A DNA stretch of 64,000 nt from an uncultured bacterium. GTDB lineage: Bacteria > Methylomirabilota > Methylomirabilia > Methylomirabilales > CSP1-5. Below are positions 45,463-54,810 of this stretch, one piece after another. Position 1 is the first letter of the stretch. The number at the start of each line of letters is the position of its first letter. The DNA lies in assembly GCA_964348275.1 (NCBI GenBank), contig CAYGBT010000007.1, positions 3,046-67,045 on the forward strand. Reading direction: 5' to 3'. The notes beneath the pieces were generated by a model. The model did not search any database, was not told the DNA's origin, and saw only the letters and a program-made list of their open reading frames with translations. A program made the translations under genes and the position numbers.

Positions 45463-46115
45463 CCGAGGAGCATTCGTAGGATGGAGCCGATGATGAAGAG
45501 CTCCTTGCCCACTTCGTCGGAGTGAACACGCAGGCCGTGGAAAACGCCGGTGCTCTCGGGGCCGACCCGGCTCCAGACGACCTCCGCCTCGACCTGCGGA
45601 AGGATGAGCCACTCTGGGCCTGTCACTTTGACCTGCGTCTGGGGCGGAACCGCCCAAGGGAGGACAACCAGTAGGCCGCCTTCGCTCAAATTCTCAGTCC
45701 GGCCCATGAGGCATGTATCCGGGGGAATCAGGCAACTGATCTCAAGATCGATAGGGATACGCAAGGAGGCCCGGGGAGTCGGGCCCCCCTGGAAAGCAAG
45801 GAGAGATTGCCAGGCGAGGCAATCGGCCTCGGTCATGTTAGTCAGCTTCAGTCCCATCCGGCCAGGGGACTTCTCGGCCGCCCAGACCACGATCGCCTCG
45901 GCACTGGTAATCTGGTCCCCCGTGAGCAGGCGGAGGGTCGTCGTGACACCACGGCCCACAACCCGCGGGGCCTCAACCATGAGCCCACCCCGGCTTACAT
46001 TGTGGGTGAGGCCGAGGGTGCGGTAGCCGGGGACCGCTGCGCTCTCGCAGCGGACCGGTATACGAAGCGAAAGCCGAGGATCTTGCCGGTTTCCGGTCTG
46101 GTCCATAGTCGCCAT
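45459..46115 (-). CDS. Tandem PilZ domain protein
   Basis: Two RxxxR ... N.S.GG modules. The stop codon lies inside the MITE terminal repeat. Confidence 0.8.
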   Translation of the reverse strand: MATMDQTGNRQDPRLSLRIPVRCESAAVPGYRTLGLTHNVSRGGLMVEAPRVVGRGVTTTLRLLTGDQITSAEAIVVWAAEKSPGRMGLKLTNMTEADCLAWQSLLAFQGGPTPRASLRIPIDLEISCLIPPDTCLMGRTENLSEGGLLVVLPWAVPPQTQVKVTGPEWLILPQVEAEVVWSRVGPESTGVFHGLRVHSDEVGKELFIIGSILRMLLG

Positions 46116-46172
46116 ATGTATATCATACCTTGGGGATATTCTTAGTTTTTTTTGTCCCTTGCTTTACGGGCT

Positions 46173-47024
46173 TTAACCCTGGGTGTCACGCGATGGGGCC
46201 GCCTCTTTGAGGTACCGGTGCATGACCGCCTCCGCCCTGAGCAGAGCCGAAGGGTTCAGCTCGACCAGTCCGGCCCCGTAGAGTTGCCTGAGATCGAGGT
46301 TCCCCACCATCTCGCCTGCGAATGGGCTTCCCCCAAGCCCCAGGAGGGCCGCATCCACTCCATCCGCCCCGGCGTCGACGGCCGACCGGGCGTTGTCCAG
46401 ACCCGACCCCCCTTCGTGCAAGTGAACTCGCAGGTACAGATGAGAGAAGGCGTCCCGCACCGCCCGCACCCGACGATAGACCTCCGACGCTTTGGCCGCC
46501 CCGGTGGTGTCGGCCATGCCGAGCTCCGAAACCCCGAGGTTCGAAACCTGCTCGGACCAGTAGAGGAGGCTATCGATCGGCGTCTCTCCCTCATAGTAGC
46601 AGTACCAGGACGTGGACAGGACCACGGCGAGGTGGATTCCACCGGCGTTGGCTTCGGCGGCCATATTCTTAATCTCGGTCCACGTCTCTTCCCGAGAGCG
46701 ACCGTTGTTCCTTTGGTTGTACGTCGGGCTGATCGCCAGGACCATTTCTAAGCGGTCCACCCCCGCCGCCCGGGCACGCTCGTAGCCCTTGTAATTCGCA
46801 ATCAGGGCATCCTTGATCCCCGGAAGGGGCCTCAACGCCTCCCACAAGGCCTCGGCGTCGGCGACCTGCGGCACGAGCTTGGGCGACACAAAGGACGTGA
46901 CTTGCGCCTCCTCGACCCCGGCCGCCAGGAGGTGTCGGTACACCTCCACTTTGGAGGCCGTGGGGAGGACCCTGGCAAGACTTTGGAGCCCGTCACGTAG
47001 GGTCACGTCGCGGACGCGAGCCAT
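46173..47024 (-). CDS. HMG-CoA lyase-like (DRE-TIM) protein
   Basis: VTLRDGLQS and H.H....G metal-binding signatures. Confidence 0.85.
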   Translation of the reverse strand: MARVRDVTLRDGLQSLARVLPTASKVEVYRHLLAAGVEEAQVTSFVSPKLVPQVADAEALWEALRPLPGIKDALIANYKGYERARAAGVDRLEMVLAISPTYNQRNNGRSREETWTEIKNMAAEANAGGIHLAVVLSTSWYCYYEGETPIDSLLYWSEQVSNLGVSELGMADTTGAAKASEVYRRVRAVRDAFSHLYLRVHLHEGGSGLDNARSAVDAGADGVDAALLGLGGSPFAGEMVGNLDLRQLYGAGLVELNPSALLRAEAVMHRYLKEAAPSRDTQG

Positions 47025-47133
47025 TAACCATGTCCCTTCTTGACCAGCGAGTATTCTTTAAGCCCCTGAGCCGGGGGCTCCATCCACAAAGGTCGTACTG
47101 AGCCCAACAATGTGACATCGACGAACGGGGATG

Positions 47134-48000
47134 TCAAGCGTGAAGGACGCGCGTGAGTTCGATGAGCAGGATGAGCGCGCCCAAGACGAGGCGGTAGACC
47201 ACGAAGACCTTCAGCGTCCGTACTTGCAGGTAGCGTACGAGAAAGGCGATAGCGGCGAAACCGACGATCGCCGAGACCACAAAACCCACGGCGAAGTCCG
47301 TGCCGGACACGTTCGGCGGCAAGCCAAGCTTCCAGAGTTCCAGGCCCTTCCTAAGCGCGGCACCGGCGATAATCGGCGTGGCCAGCAGAAAAGAAAACCG
47401 CGCGGCCGCTTCCCGCGTCAAGTCGCGGGAGAGCGCGGCAGCAATCGTAATCCCCGCCCGGGACGTCCCCGGAATGATCGCGATGGCCTGCGCCATGCCG
47501 ACGGTCAGTGCATCCTTGAATCCGACCGTCTCCATGGCGCGGATCAACGTCACCCGGCGGTCGGCCGCCCACATGAGCATGGCGACTCCGATCAACATGC
47601 CCGCAATCAGCACAGGATTCCGGAAGGCGGATTGGGCCAAGCGTTCCAGGAAGTAGCCGGCGAAGGCTGCCGGCAGCGTGGCCACGACCAACGCGCGCAA
47701 GAGGCCGAAGTTGAGCTCCATCTCCATGGGGACCGGCGGCGGGTTGGACAGGGCCGGTTGCGGCCAGCAAAGGTCTTTCAGGCGGGAGAGAAGCGCAGTG
47801 AGCAACGCCCTCCAGGTGCGGGAAAAGTAGGCAAGCACGGCGAGGAGCGTCCCGGCGTGCAAGACCACGTCATACGTCAGCCCGGGGTCCTGCCAGCCAA
47901 AGAACCACGGCACCAGGATCAGATGGGCCGTCGAGCTGATGGGCAGGAACTCGGTCAGGCCCTGTACCACCGCGAGACCAATGGCTTGAAGGAGCGTCAT
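47134..48000 (-). CDS. uppP: Undecaprenyl-diphosphate phosphatase
   Basis: GLTEFLPISSTAHL motif; ATG at 48000 with GAGGTG 8 nt upstream. Confidence 0.9.
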   Translation of the reverse strand: MTLLQAIGLAVVQGLTEFLPISSTAHLILVPWFFGWQDPGLTYDVVLHAGTLLAVLAYFSRTWRALLTALLSRLKDLCWPQPALSNPPPVPMEMELNFGLLRALVVATLPAAFAGYFLERLAQSAFRNPVLIAGMLIGVAMLMWAADRRVTLIRAMETVGFKDALTVGMAQAIAIIPGTSRAGITIAAALSRDLTREAAARFSFLLATPIIAGAALRKGLELWKLGLPPNVSGTDFAVGFVVSAIVGFAAIAFLVRYLQVRTLKVFVVYRLVLGALILLIELTRVLHA

Positions 48001-48015
48001 CAGAGCCACACCTCA

Positions 48016-48750
48016 TCAGATTCCCCAGGCCCCGCTGAGCTGGATATTGGCGCCGTTGACGTACCGAGCTTCGTCCGAGAGGAGAAAGGCCGCCACGCCA
48101 ACCGCATCGGTGAGCGAGCCCACGTATCCGGCGGGGATCTTTTTCTCCATCGCCGTGAGCTCCTCGGGCGGAGCACTGCCCGAGTCAATGAAGCCGGGCG
48201 AGACCGCGTTGGCGGTGATGCCATGGGGGGCCAGGACCCTGGCCAGCGTCCGGGTCAGGACGAGCACGCCGGCCTTGGCAATATAATGGGCGGTGATCTG
48301 AGGCTGCGCGACGAGCTGATCGGCACTCGCCATGCTGAACGTGATAATACGCCCCCACTTTCGCTCGATCATCCCGGGGGCGACCAGGCGGCTGAGGTAA
48401 AAGATCGGATGGAGATTATTGCTGAACATCGCATGCCAGCCCTCGAGGGTCTCTTCGAGCAAGGGCACCCGGTGGTAGGGCCCCGCACAATTGATCAGGG
48501 CATCGATTCGCCCCCAGGAGGTTTGCACCTCACGGACCAATCGTAAAGCCGCCTCGGGGTCAGAAACGTCGGCCTGAACTGCCAGGCCGCGACCCCCTCT
48601 CTTTTCGATCGCCGCGACGGTCTCCTGCGCCTGGTGCTCGCTGCTGCGAAAGCAGACGGCAACGGACCAACCGGTCTCTGCCAGATACAGAGCAATGGCT
48701 CGCCCGATGCCGCGGGCTCCCCCTGTGATCACGGCCACTCGTTCCTTCAT
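48016..48750 (-). CDS. SDR family oxidoreductase (FabG-like)
   Basis: TGGARGIGRAIA and YIAKAG (YxxxK) motifs. Confidence 0.9.
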   Translation of the reverse strand: MKERVAVITGGARGIGRAIALYLAETGWSVAVCFRSSEHQAQETVAAIEKRGGRGLAVQADVSDPEAALRLVREVQTSWGRIDALINCAGPYHRVPLLEETLEGWHAMFSNNLHPIFYLSRLVAPGMIERKWGRIITFSMASADQLVAQPQITAHYIAKAGVLVLTRTLARVLAPHGITANAVSPGFIDSGSAPPEELTAMEKKIPAGYVGSLTDAVGVAAFLLSDEARYVNGANIQLSGAWGI

Positions 48751-48825
48751 CTTACATCCCCCACCGCGTTGTCGTGGCAGCCAGACTATAGGGGAATGAC
48801 CTAGGGGAGTCAAACGCGAAGCTAT

Positions 48826-48975
48826 CAGCAGATTTCGAATTGCGGATTTCGAGTTTCGGATTGAAAGGCAAGAGTATGCTTGGAAAATCCGAAATCCACA
48901 ATCGTTCGACTGAGGGCTACGACGGTGAGCTCGGCCGAACCGCTCACGACTCGAAGTCCCAAATCCGAAATTATG
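48826..48975. repeat. R5 intergenic repeat rich in ATTTCGAA/CCGAAAT words
   Basis: Shares ..TTCGGATTGAAA..CCGAAATCC.CAATCGTTCGACTGAGG..CACGACTCGAAGTCCCAAATCCGAAAT with 62905-63030. Confidence 0.5.
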
Positions 48976-49663
48976 GATGCGGGAGGAGAGGGGGGACTTC
49001 GGAGAGGTCCTTGACCTTCACGCAGTCCAGTACCGGCCAGGCACCCAGCGGATCGAGGAGAATGGCATCGAGTCCGGCGTTACGGGCTCCCACCACGTCG
49101 AGGCTGTAGAAATCCCCCACGTAGACCGCCTGCTCCGGAGCGACGCCGGTCCGCTCCAGGGCCAAATCAAATATCCCCGGATCGGGTTTCTCGATCCCCA
49201 CAATGCGCGAGTCTACGATGACGGTCAGGTGCGCCGTGAGGTTTGCCTCGGTGAGATAGCTTTCGACTCGCCCATCGGAGTTCGAGATCACTCCGAGCAG
49301 GTAGCCCCGTGCTTTCAGGTCGTCCAGCACCTCCCGGGCCCCCGGCATGGCACTCCCCCGCCAGAGGCTCTGCTGTCGGTCAATCTCTTGCAGGCGCTCC
49401 ATGGCCCGTATCGTCCTGTCCCCCCAGGCGATCCCGAGCTCCTCGCAGATGTGGCGCATATACCGCGCAAAGACGTTGTCGGATTGTCGACGCTGTACCT
49501 CAGCGAGAAAGGGATCGAGCGTGACTCGCGCCCGACACTCGGCCTGCCAGACCTCGTCCCGCCCGACCGCAAAGCCCTCCCGCGTGAGGGCATCCACGAT
49601 GGCGGCGTAGTTGAGACTGAGGAGGGTGTTGCCCGCGTCGAAGAAGACGGCCTTGCACGTCAT
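48971..49663 (-). CDS. HAD-IA family hydrolase
   Basis: FFDAGNTL motif and ATGA overlap with the upstream gene. Confidence 0.85.
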   Translation of the reverse strand: MTCKAVFFDAGNTLLSLNYAAIVDALTREGFAVGRDEVWQAECRARVTLDPFLAEVQRRQSDNVFARYMRHICEELGIAWGDRTIRAMERLQEIDRQQSLWRGSAMPGAREVLDDLKARGYLLGVISNSDGRVESYLTEANLTAHLTVIVDSRIVGIEKPDPGIFDLALERTGVAPEQAVYVGDFYSLDVVGARNAGLDAILLDPLGAWPVLDCVKVKDLSEVPPLLPHP

Positions 49664-50610
49664 CTCGGTCTCCTCACGGTGACGTCGTATAGCCCGCGGG
49701 CAAGGGTGAGGATCGTATCCCGCCCCTCGACTGCTGCTTGCCAGCGCACGGGGATCCCTGCGAGTCCGACCCGGGCACCACTCCAGGCCCCCGTAATCGC
49801 TCCGGCCGTATCGGTATCCCCCCCCGCTCGCACTGCAGCCGTCACCGCCACCCCGAAGTCATCGGGCGCATGGAAAAAGCAGAAGGCGGACCGCGCCACG
49901 GTCTCGACCACGTAGCCGCCGACCCCCAAGGCTTCGCTCGCCTGGAGCGGATTGACCTTGCGTCTCAACAGCTCCGAGCTCCGACGCAGGTTTTCAGCCA
50001 CGCGACTGCCAGCCACCACCTTGACCGTCTCCTGCAGCAGATCTCTTTCTGGCAACGCCCCTGCCACGAGGCGGGCGACGAGGAAGGCCACGGCCTGGCT
50101 TCCGGCAATTGCCTCGGCGTTTTTGTGCGTGATTTCGGCGTCGAGCGCGCACGCGTCCCGGAGCTTCTCCACGTCACCGTGATACAGAAGACCCAGCGGG
50201 GCAGCTCGCATGGCTGTCCCATTTCCCGCAGCTTGCTCACCCTCGATCCCGCTCTCCCGCCAGCTTGCTCCGGCCTCAAGGCGGTACAGCGCGTGAAAGG
50301 TGGTGGTGCCGATCCCCCGGACATCATCGGACTGAAACCAGCCGAGATACTCCCGCGCGATGTCTTCCGGGTCGGCCTGGCCCCGGTGAACGAGGCTGCG
50401 GGCGAGACAGAGACTCATCTGGGTATCGTCAGTCCACTGTCCGGCCGCGAGCCCCCGTTGGGTGCTCTCGTGAAACCCCTGCACTTGATCCAGCACGGGG
50501 CCCACCACCCAAGAGGGGAGTCCCTCGAAAGGCATCCCCAACGCATCACCGATGGCGAGACCCACGAGACAGCCCTGAAAGCGGTCCTCGAGGGACGGGG
50601 AGGTGGACAT
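49660..50610 (-). CDS. ADP-ribosylglycohydrolase family protein
   Basis: GLAIGDALG, TDDT and GGDTDT motifs. Confidence 0.9.
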   Translation of the reverse strand: MSTSPSLEDRFQGCLVGLAIGDALGMPFEGLPSWVVGPVLDQVQGFHESTQRGLAAGQWTDDTQMSLCLARSLVHRGQADPEDIAREYLGWFQSDDVRGIGTTTFHALYRLEAGASWRESGIEGEQAAGNGTAMRAAPLGLLYHGDVEKLRDACALDAEITHKNAEAIAGSQAVAFLVARLVAGALPERDLLQETVKVVAGSRVAENLRRSSELLRRKVNPLQASEALGVGGYVVETVARSAFCFFHAPDDFGVAVTAAVRAGGDTDTAGAITGAWSGARVGLAGIPVRWQAAVEGRDTILTLARGLYDVTVRRPR

Positions 50611-50634
50611 GAGACAGTTCCTTCATGCAGGACT

Positions 50635-51198
50635 TCAGTCCTCGGGTGGGGAAGTCAGGGCGGCCAGAACCTGGGGAAAAATCTCCTCGGTCCGTTTCCG
50701 CAAGTCCTCAGCCCGCAGGTTGGCAATCGGATGGGCAATGGCGATGATGGGGTACTTGGGCATCCCGAAGTTTTTGGCGTGATGACGGGCCACCTCGTTG
50801 AACTGCTCGGTCACGATGGTCGCGGTGACTACCCCCCGCTTCTCCAACTCGATGGCGTCGTGCAAACTGCCCGACGTGCAGGAGCCTCACCCGCCGACGG
50901 CAGTGACCACCAACTCGCACCCCTCTGCGAGTTCCTCGATCAGCTCGGGAGGCGCATTCTTCGCGTAGATCTCTTTCCGGCGCCGGATGACCGCCGCATA
51001 CTCAAAGCGCTCGATGAGCATCTCTTCGATCACCTCGAGGATCTCATCGGCCCGCTCCTTGCTGTTGTCCAGAAACCCGATGCGCTGTCCGCTGAGTTCA
51101 AGGACCCGGGGGGCAAGGGGAGAGGTCTCCGGCTCCTCTTCCGCGACCGGTTCAAGAAGGATCAACCCGGTCCGGGTCTTCTCAAACGGCATCTTCAT
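50635..51198 (-). CDS. UGSC-type selenoprotein (in-frame TGA at 50887-50889 read as Sec)
   Basis: Two same-frame ORFs are separated by only one TGA. The context is VTAVGG-U-GSCTSGS and a hairpin CGUCGGGCA-GUU-UGCACGACG begins 11 nt downstream. Confidence 0.7.
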
Positions 51199-51285
51199 CC
51201 TCCCAACGTCTCGAGTGATTCTTTCCGGGACGGCGATCCACCGTGCCCGATCAGATCAGCGGACCGACGGCCCGCATCAGTTCTC

Positions 51286-52389
51286 TCAGCCTTCGTCGCT
51301 ACACCCACCTGAGCCGTGAACGTGAACCACCTTGGTGACGGCCCGAGTTCCATGGGCACCCCACCCGGGAATGACCAGTGAGAACCGCCCCGCCGTCCCC
51401 CCGGCCACCATCACCAGGAGGTCTTCCGGCCTGTCCACGACGGGGATCCGAGCCGAGGGGTCATTCCGATCAACCCATCGCGGCCAGTATCGCTGCCAAG
51501 TAATGTCCCCATAATACTCACCAGCTCTGGTGAGCTCACCGACGGGTCTCCGCGCCTCCTGGTAGAGAAAGGCCTTCACGTCCTGCTTGTGCCATCCGTC
51601 AGCCGCGATGGTGGTGGCGTGCTCCGGACCGATCACCACTGCCATCTCGCCCCGCCTGTACATGGTGTTATTCCCCATGGTGGCCATGGTGTCCGCGACC
51701 GTGGTAAGGATCCCACGCGCGCTTCGGCTCGTATGGTCACTGACATTATGGGGCGCCTCGGCGGCAAAGACCGTCACGGTACTCTGCTCGGGATGGAACC
51801 CCCGTTCCACATGGAGCGGCTCCCAGGGGGAAATCTCCTCGTTTTCCGCGGTGCAATAGGTGTACTTCCCGGGATGACCGAAGGTAGATTCGTCGGTCAG
51901 CCCCGGAACCCCGCCGCCGATATTGATCATGCAGAGCCGGACCGCTCGTCCGATGGTCGCGTTGGCGCGATTGCCCTGCCCAAAGCAGTTCGGTCCGGCA
52001 TTGATCTTCAGGGCGCGGCGGACCGGACCGTTGATGATCAAGAGGGGGGCGGCAACGTGCGTTGTCACTTGAACCCCGTTGAGATTAAACGCCTCATCCG
52101 TGATCGCCTCGATCGCCGCAACCACCACCGCAAAGTATGCAGGCTCACACCCCGCCATGACGGCGTTGATTGCGATCTTTTCCAGGGTCGCCTTCCCGTA
52201 TCGTGGGGCCAGGATGCCGACGACTTCCCCCGGATCCCGATTGACCGCGGAGAGCATCGCCTCAACCCGCTCTTCGGTGGGAGGAACAACGGGGAGGCCA
52301 TCGGTCCAGCCGCGGGCATAGAACAGCTCGATCGCCTCGGAGTGATCCGCCGCCTCGATGCGCCTCGATTGCAGGGTCACGGTCTGCAT
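51286..52389 (-). CDS. Conserved hypothetical protein upstream of the selenoprotein gene
   Basis: 367 aa; ATG at 52389 with GAGGAG 8 nt upstream. I recognise no motif. Confidence 0.7.
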   Translation of the reverse strand: MQTVTLQSRRIEAADHSEAIELFYARGWTDGLPVVPPTEERVEAMLSAVNRDPGEVVGILAPRYGKATLEKIAINAVMAGCEPAYFAVVVAAIEAITDEAFNLNGVQVTTHVAAPLLIINGPVRRALKINAGPNCFGQGNRANATIGRAVRLCMINIGGGVPGLTDESTFGHPGKYTYCTAENEEISPWEPLHVERGFHPEQSTVTVFAAEAPHNVSDHTSRSARGILTTVADTMATMGNNTMYRRGEMAVVIGPEHATTIAADGWHKQDVKAFLYQEARRPVGELTRAGEYYGDITWQRYWPRWVDRNDPSARIPVVDRPEDLLVMVAGGTAGRFSLVIPGWGAHGTRAVTKVVHVHGSGGCSDEG

Positions 52390-52484
52390 GTAATTTTCTC
52401 CTCTGCTGCGAAGATGGTGGCGGTGGAAACTCTTTTCAGGGTAGCCGCGAGACCATGGCATGTCAAGCCCCTGGCACAAGGTCC

Positions 52485-52514
52485 TTGACACTTTTTGATG
52501 CCCCTGCCTATATT
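52485..52514 (+). promoter_or_regulatory. Putative sigma70-type promoter
   Basis: TTGACA, 18 nt, TATATT, 28 nt upstream of the 52542 start. Confidence 0.5.
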
Positions 52515-52541
52515 CCACCAAAATTTTGATAAGGTAGGATC

Positions 52542-53804
52542 ATGCGCTTTCCACGCATGGCAACCATCGAGGCACGCCGCCGTGGGCCCGCCCTGGCCCA
52601 CGCCGCCCGTGCGACCGACCGCGCCATGACAGACCTGGATCTAGAGCAACGGATCCGTCCGGGACAGCGGGTGGCGATTACCGGCGGCAGTCGCGGCATC
52701 GCCGAGGTCGCCACGATCACCAGGACTGTCGTTACTGCGCTCCAAGCGCTCCAGGCCGAACCGTTCATCATCCCGGCTATGGGGAGCCACGGAGGAGCGA
52801 CGTCTGAGGGGCAGCGTCAAGTCCTAGACACCTACGGGATCTCTGAAGAGACCATGGGCGCGCCGATTCTCTCGTCCATGGAGGTCACCGCGCTCGGTCT
52901 CACCCCGGAAGGGATCCCTCTCTACCTGGACAAGCAGGCCTCGGAGGCGGATTGGATTCTCCTGGTGAACCGTGTCAAGCCACATACCGCCTTCAGCGGT
53001 ACAGTCGGCAGCGGCTTGCTCAAGATGATGGCCTTCGGGCTCGGCAAGCACCAGGGGGCTTTCACCTGTCACGAGGCGGTCATGCAGCACGGCTACGAGC
53101 GGGTCATCCGGTCGGTCAGTGCCGCGGTCGTCGATTCCGCCCGAATTCTCGGGGGGGTGGCCATCCTGGAAAACAGCGAGGGGGGCCTTGCCAAAGTGGT
53201 GACCCTGCCTGTCGCGTCGATGGTGGCCGGTGAAGAACGGCTCTTTCAACAGGCCCGGCGATGGGCGCCCCGGTTGCCCTTTGACGAGCTTGATCTGTTG
53301 ATCGTCGATGAGATGGGAAAGGATATCGCCGGGACCGGCATGGATACCAATGTGATTGGCCGCCGGTTCAGCCTGATCGAAAAGCCCCCTCGAAAGCCTC
53401 GGATCGCTCGGATCTTTGTGCGGGGGCTCACTAAAGAGACCCAAGGCAACGCCAACGGCATCGGGCTGGCCGAGTTTACCACCGAACGTCTCCTGCGGGA
53501 GATGGACCGCTGGGTCACCTACACCAACTCTCTCACGGCGCGCACCCCGGAACACTCGCGCCTCCCGGTGGCCTTTGCCAGCGATCGGGAGGTCCTCGAG
53601 ACCGCACTCAAGACCGTGCGGACGATAGCCCCCTGGAGCGCCCGGATTGTGCGGATCAAGAACACCCGGGAGCTCAAGACCATGCAGGTCTCCGAGACCC
53701 TCGTGCCCGAGGTCCGGGGACGCCGAGACCTCGTCCTCGCCTCGGAGCCTCAAGAGATCACGTTTGACCCAAACGGGAATCTTCCGCCATGGCTCGTCGC
53801 TTGA
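52542..53804 (+). CDS. Possible LarA-like/DUF2088 family protein
   Basis: 420 aa. The overall resemblance is recalled, not searched; the ORF itself is solid. Confidence 0.55.
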   Translation: MRFPRMATIEARRRGPALAHAARATDRAMTDLDLEQRIRPGQRVAITGGSRGIAEVATITRTVVTALQALQAEPFIIPAMGSHGGATSEGQRQVLDTYGISEETMGAPILSSMEVTALGLTPEGIPLYLDKQASEADWILLVNRVKPHTAFSGTVGSGLLKMMAFGLGKHQGAFTCHEAVMQHGYERVIRSVSAAVVDSARILGGVAILENSEGGLAKVVTLPVASMVAGEERLFQQARRWAPRLPFDELDLLIVDEMGKDIAGTGMDTNVIGRRFSLIEKPPRKPRIARIFVRGLTKETQGNANGIGLAEFTTERLLREMDRWVTYTNSLTARTPEHSRLPVAFASDREVLETALKTVRTIAPWSARIVRIKNTRELKTMQVSETLVPEVRGRRDLVLASEPQEITFDPNGNLPPWLVA

Positions 53805-54505
53805 CCTCTCACACAAAGATTCACTGCCATATCCGTCTCATGCTCCTTCTCGCATTTTCGGCCCTGTCTGCCTGCTCCGTCCTCCGGGGGACGTATCGCG
53901 TCACGAAGGGAACGGCGAAGGGAACCTGGTGGGCGGTCAAGGGAGGGTACGAACTCACGGCGGGCGCGGCGAGACTCACGTACAAGATCGGCAAATTTAC
54001 GTTTACCGTGGTGCGGGCCCCCCTGGAGTGGCCGCTGACGCGTGATGATATCGAAAGCATCGACGGCTTACCCCCCAAGGAGGCTATACGCCAGGGACGG
54101 GTCAAAAATTCTCCTTACACCGTCAAGGGGAGAAAATATTATCCGATGACGGTGGCACAGGCGCAGGAGCATGAGGAGGAGGGGGTTGCCTCCTGGTACG
54201 GCTACGAGACCCTGAGGCAAAAAGGGGGGCGCATGACGGCCAACGGGGAAGCCTTCAACCCGAAAGCGTTGACCGCAGCGCATAAGCACCTCCCCCTGCC
54301 GACGAACGTCCGGGTCACCAATCTGGAAAACGGCCGGTCGATCATCGTCCGAGTGAACGACCGGGGCCCGTTCCCCAGCGCACACAATCCGAGGTCCGGC
54401 CGAAGGATCATCGACCTCAGCCAGGCCGCCGCCAAAAGGCTTGGCTTCTACAGAAAAGGCACGGCCCGGGTCCGGGTGCAGACCATCCGTGTCAAGAAGG
54501 TGTGA
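53789..54505 (+). CDS. rlpA: RlpA family lipoprotein (double-psi beta-barrel)
   Basis: Lipobox LSAC, GVASWYG..G..TANGE.F......AAHK.LPLPT.V.VTNL.NGRS..VRVNDRGPF. Confidence 0.85.
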   Translation: MARRLTSHTKIHCHIRLMLLLAFSALSACSVLRGTYRVTKGTAKGTWWAVKGGYELTAGAARLTYKIGKFTFTVVRAPLEWPLTRDDIESIDGLPPKEAIRQGRVKNSPYTVKGRKYYPMTVAQAQEHEEEGVASWYGYETLRQKGGRMTANGEAFNPKALTAAHKHLPLPTNVRVTNLENGRSIIVRVNDRGPFPSAHNPRSGRRIIDLSQAAAKRLGFYRKGTARVRVQTIRVKKV

Positions 54506-54555
54506 TAAGGGCTTCAACGGGCCCCGCGGTGATCTGACCGAGGCTAATTTCCCTC

Positions 54556-54584
54556 TTGACCGCTGGTTCCAACATCGTTACATT
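54556..54584 (+). promoter_or_regulatory. Putative promoter of the liv-type operon
   Basis: TTGACC, 17 nt, TACATT. This would leave a leader of about 220 nt. Confidence 0.4.
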
Positions 54585-54810
54585 TATTCGCACTTTGGTC
54601 CGTGTCATAGAAGCGCATGTCTGGGGGCATCTTCTCTCCTTTGGCCCCCCGATCCTCAGCCAATTGGTAACTGCGGAATAAGGAAGAAACTTCAATCATT
54701 TATTAGGGGGGGGTGAGAGTGCTGACCTTGTAAGCGCAGTCCATTTGGAGCTTTTTCGGAATGTCTTGGAGAGAGAGTCGAATGCGGATAGAGCCATAAG
54801 GAGGAAAAGA

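Noticed and set aside
47131-48546. 471-aa plus-strand ORF
   Set aside because: Antisense to uppP and the SDR gene; extremely Arg/Gly/Asp-rich.
49738-51312. 524-aa plus-strand ORF
   Set aside because: Antisense to the ADP-ribosylglycohydrolase and selenoprotein genes.
52824-53816. 330-aa minus-strand ORF, and 54703-55554 minus
   Set aside because: Antisense to well-supported plus-strand genes.
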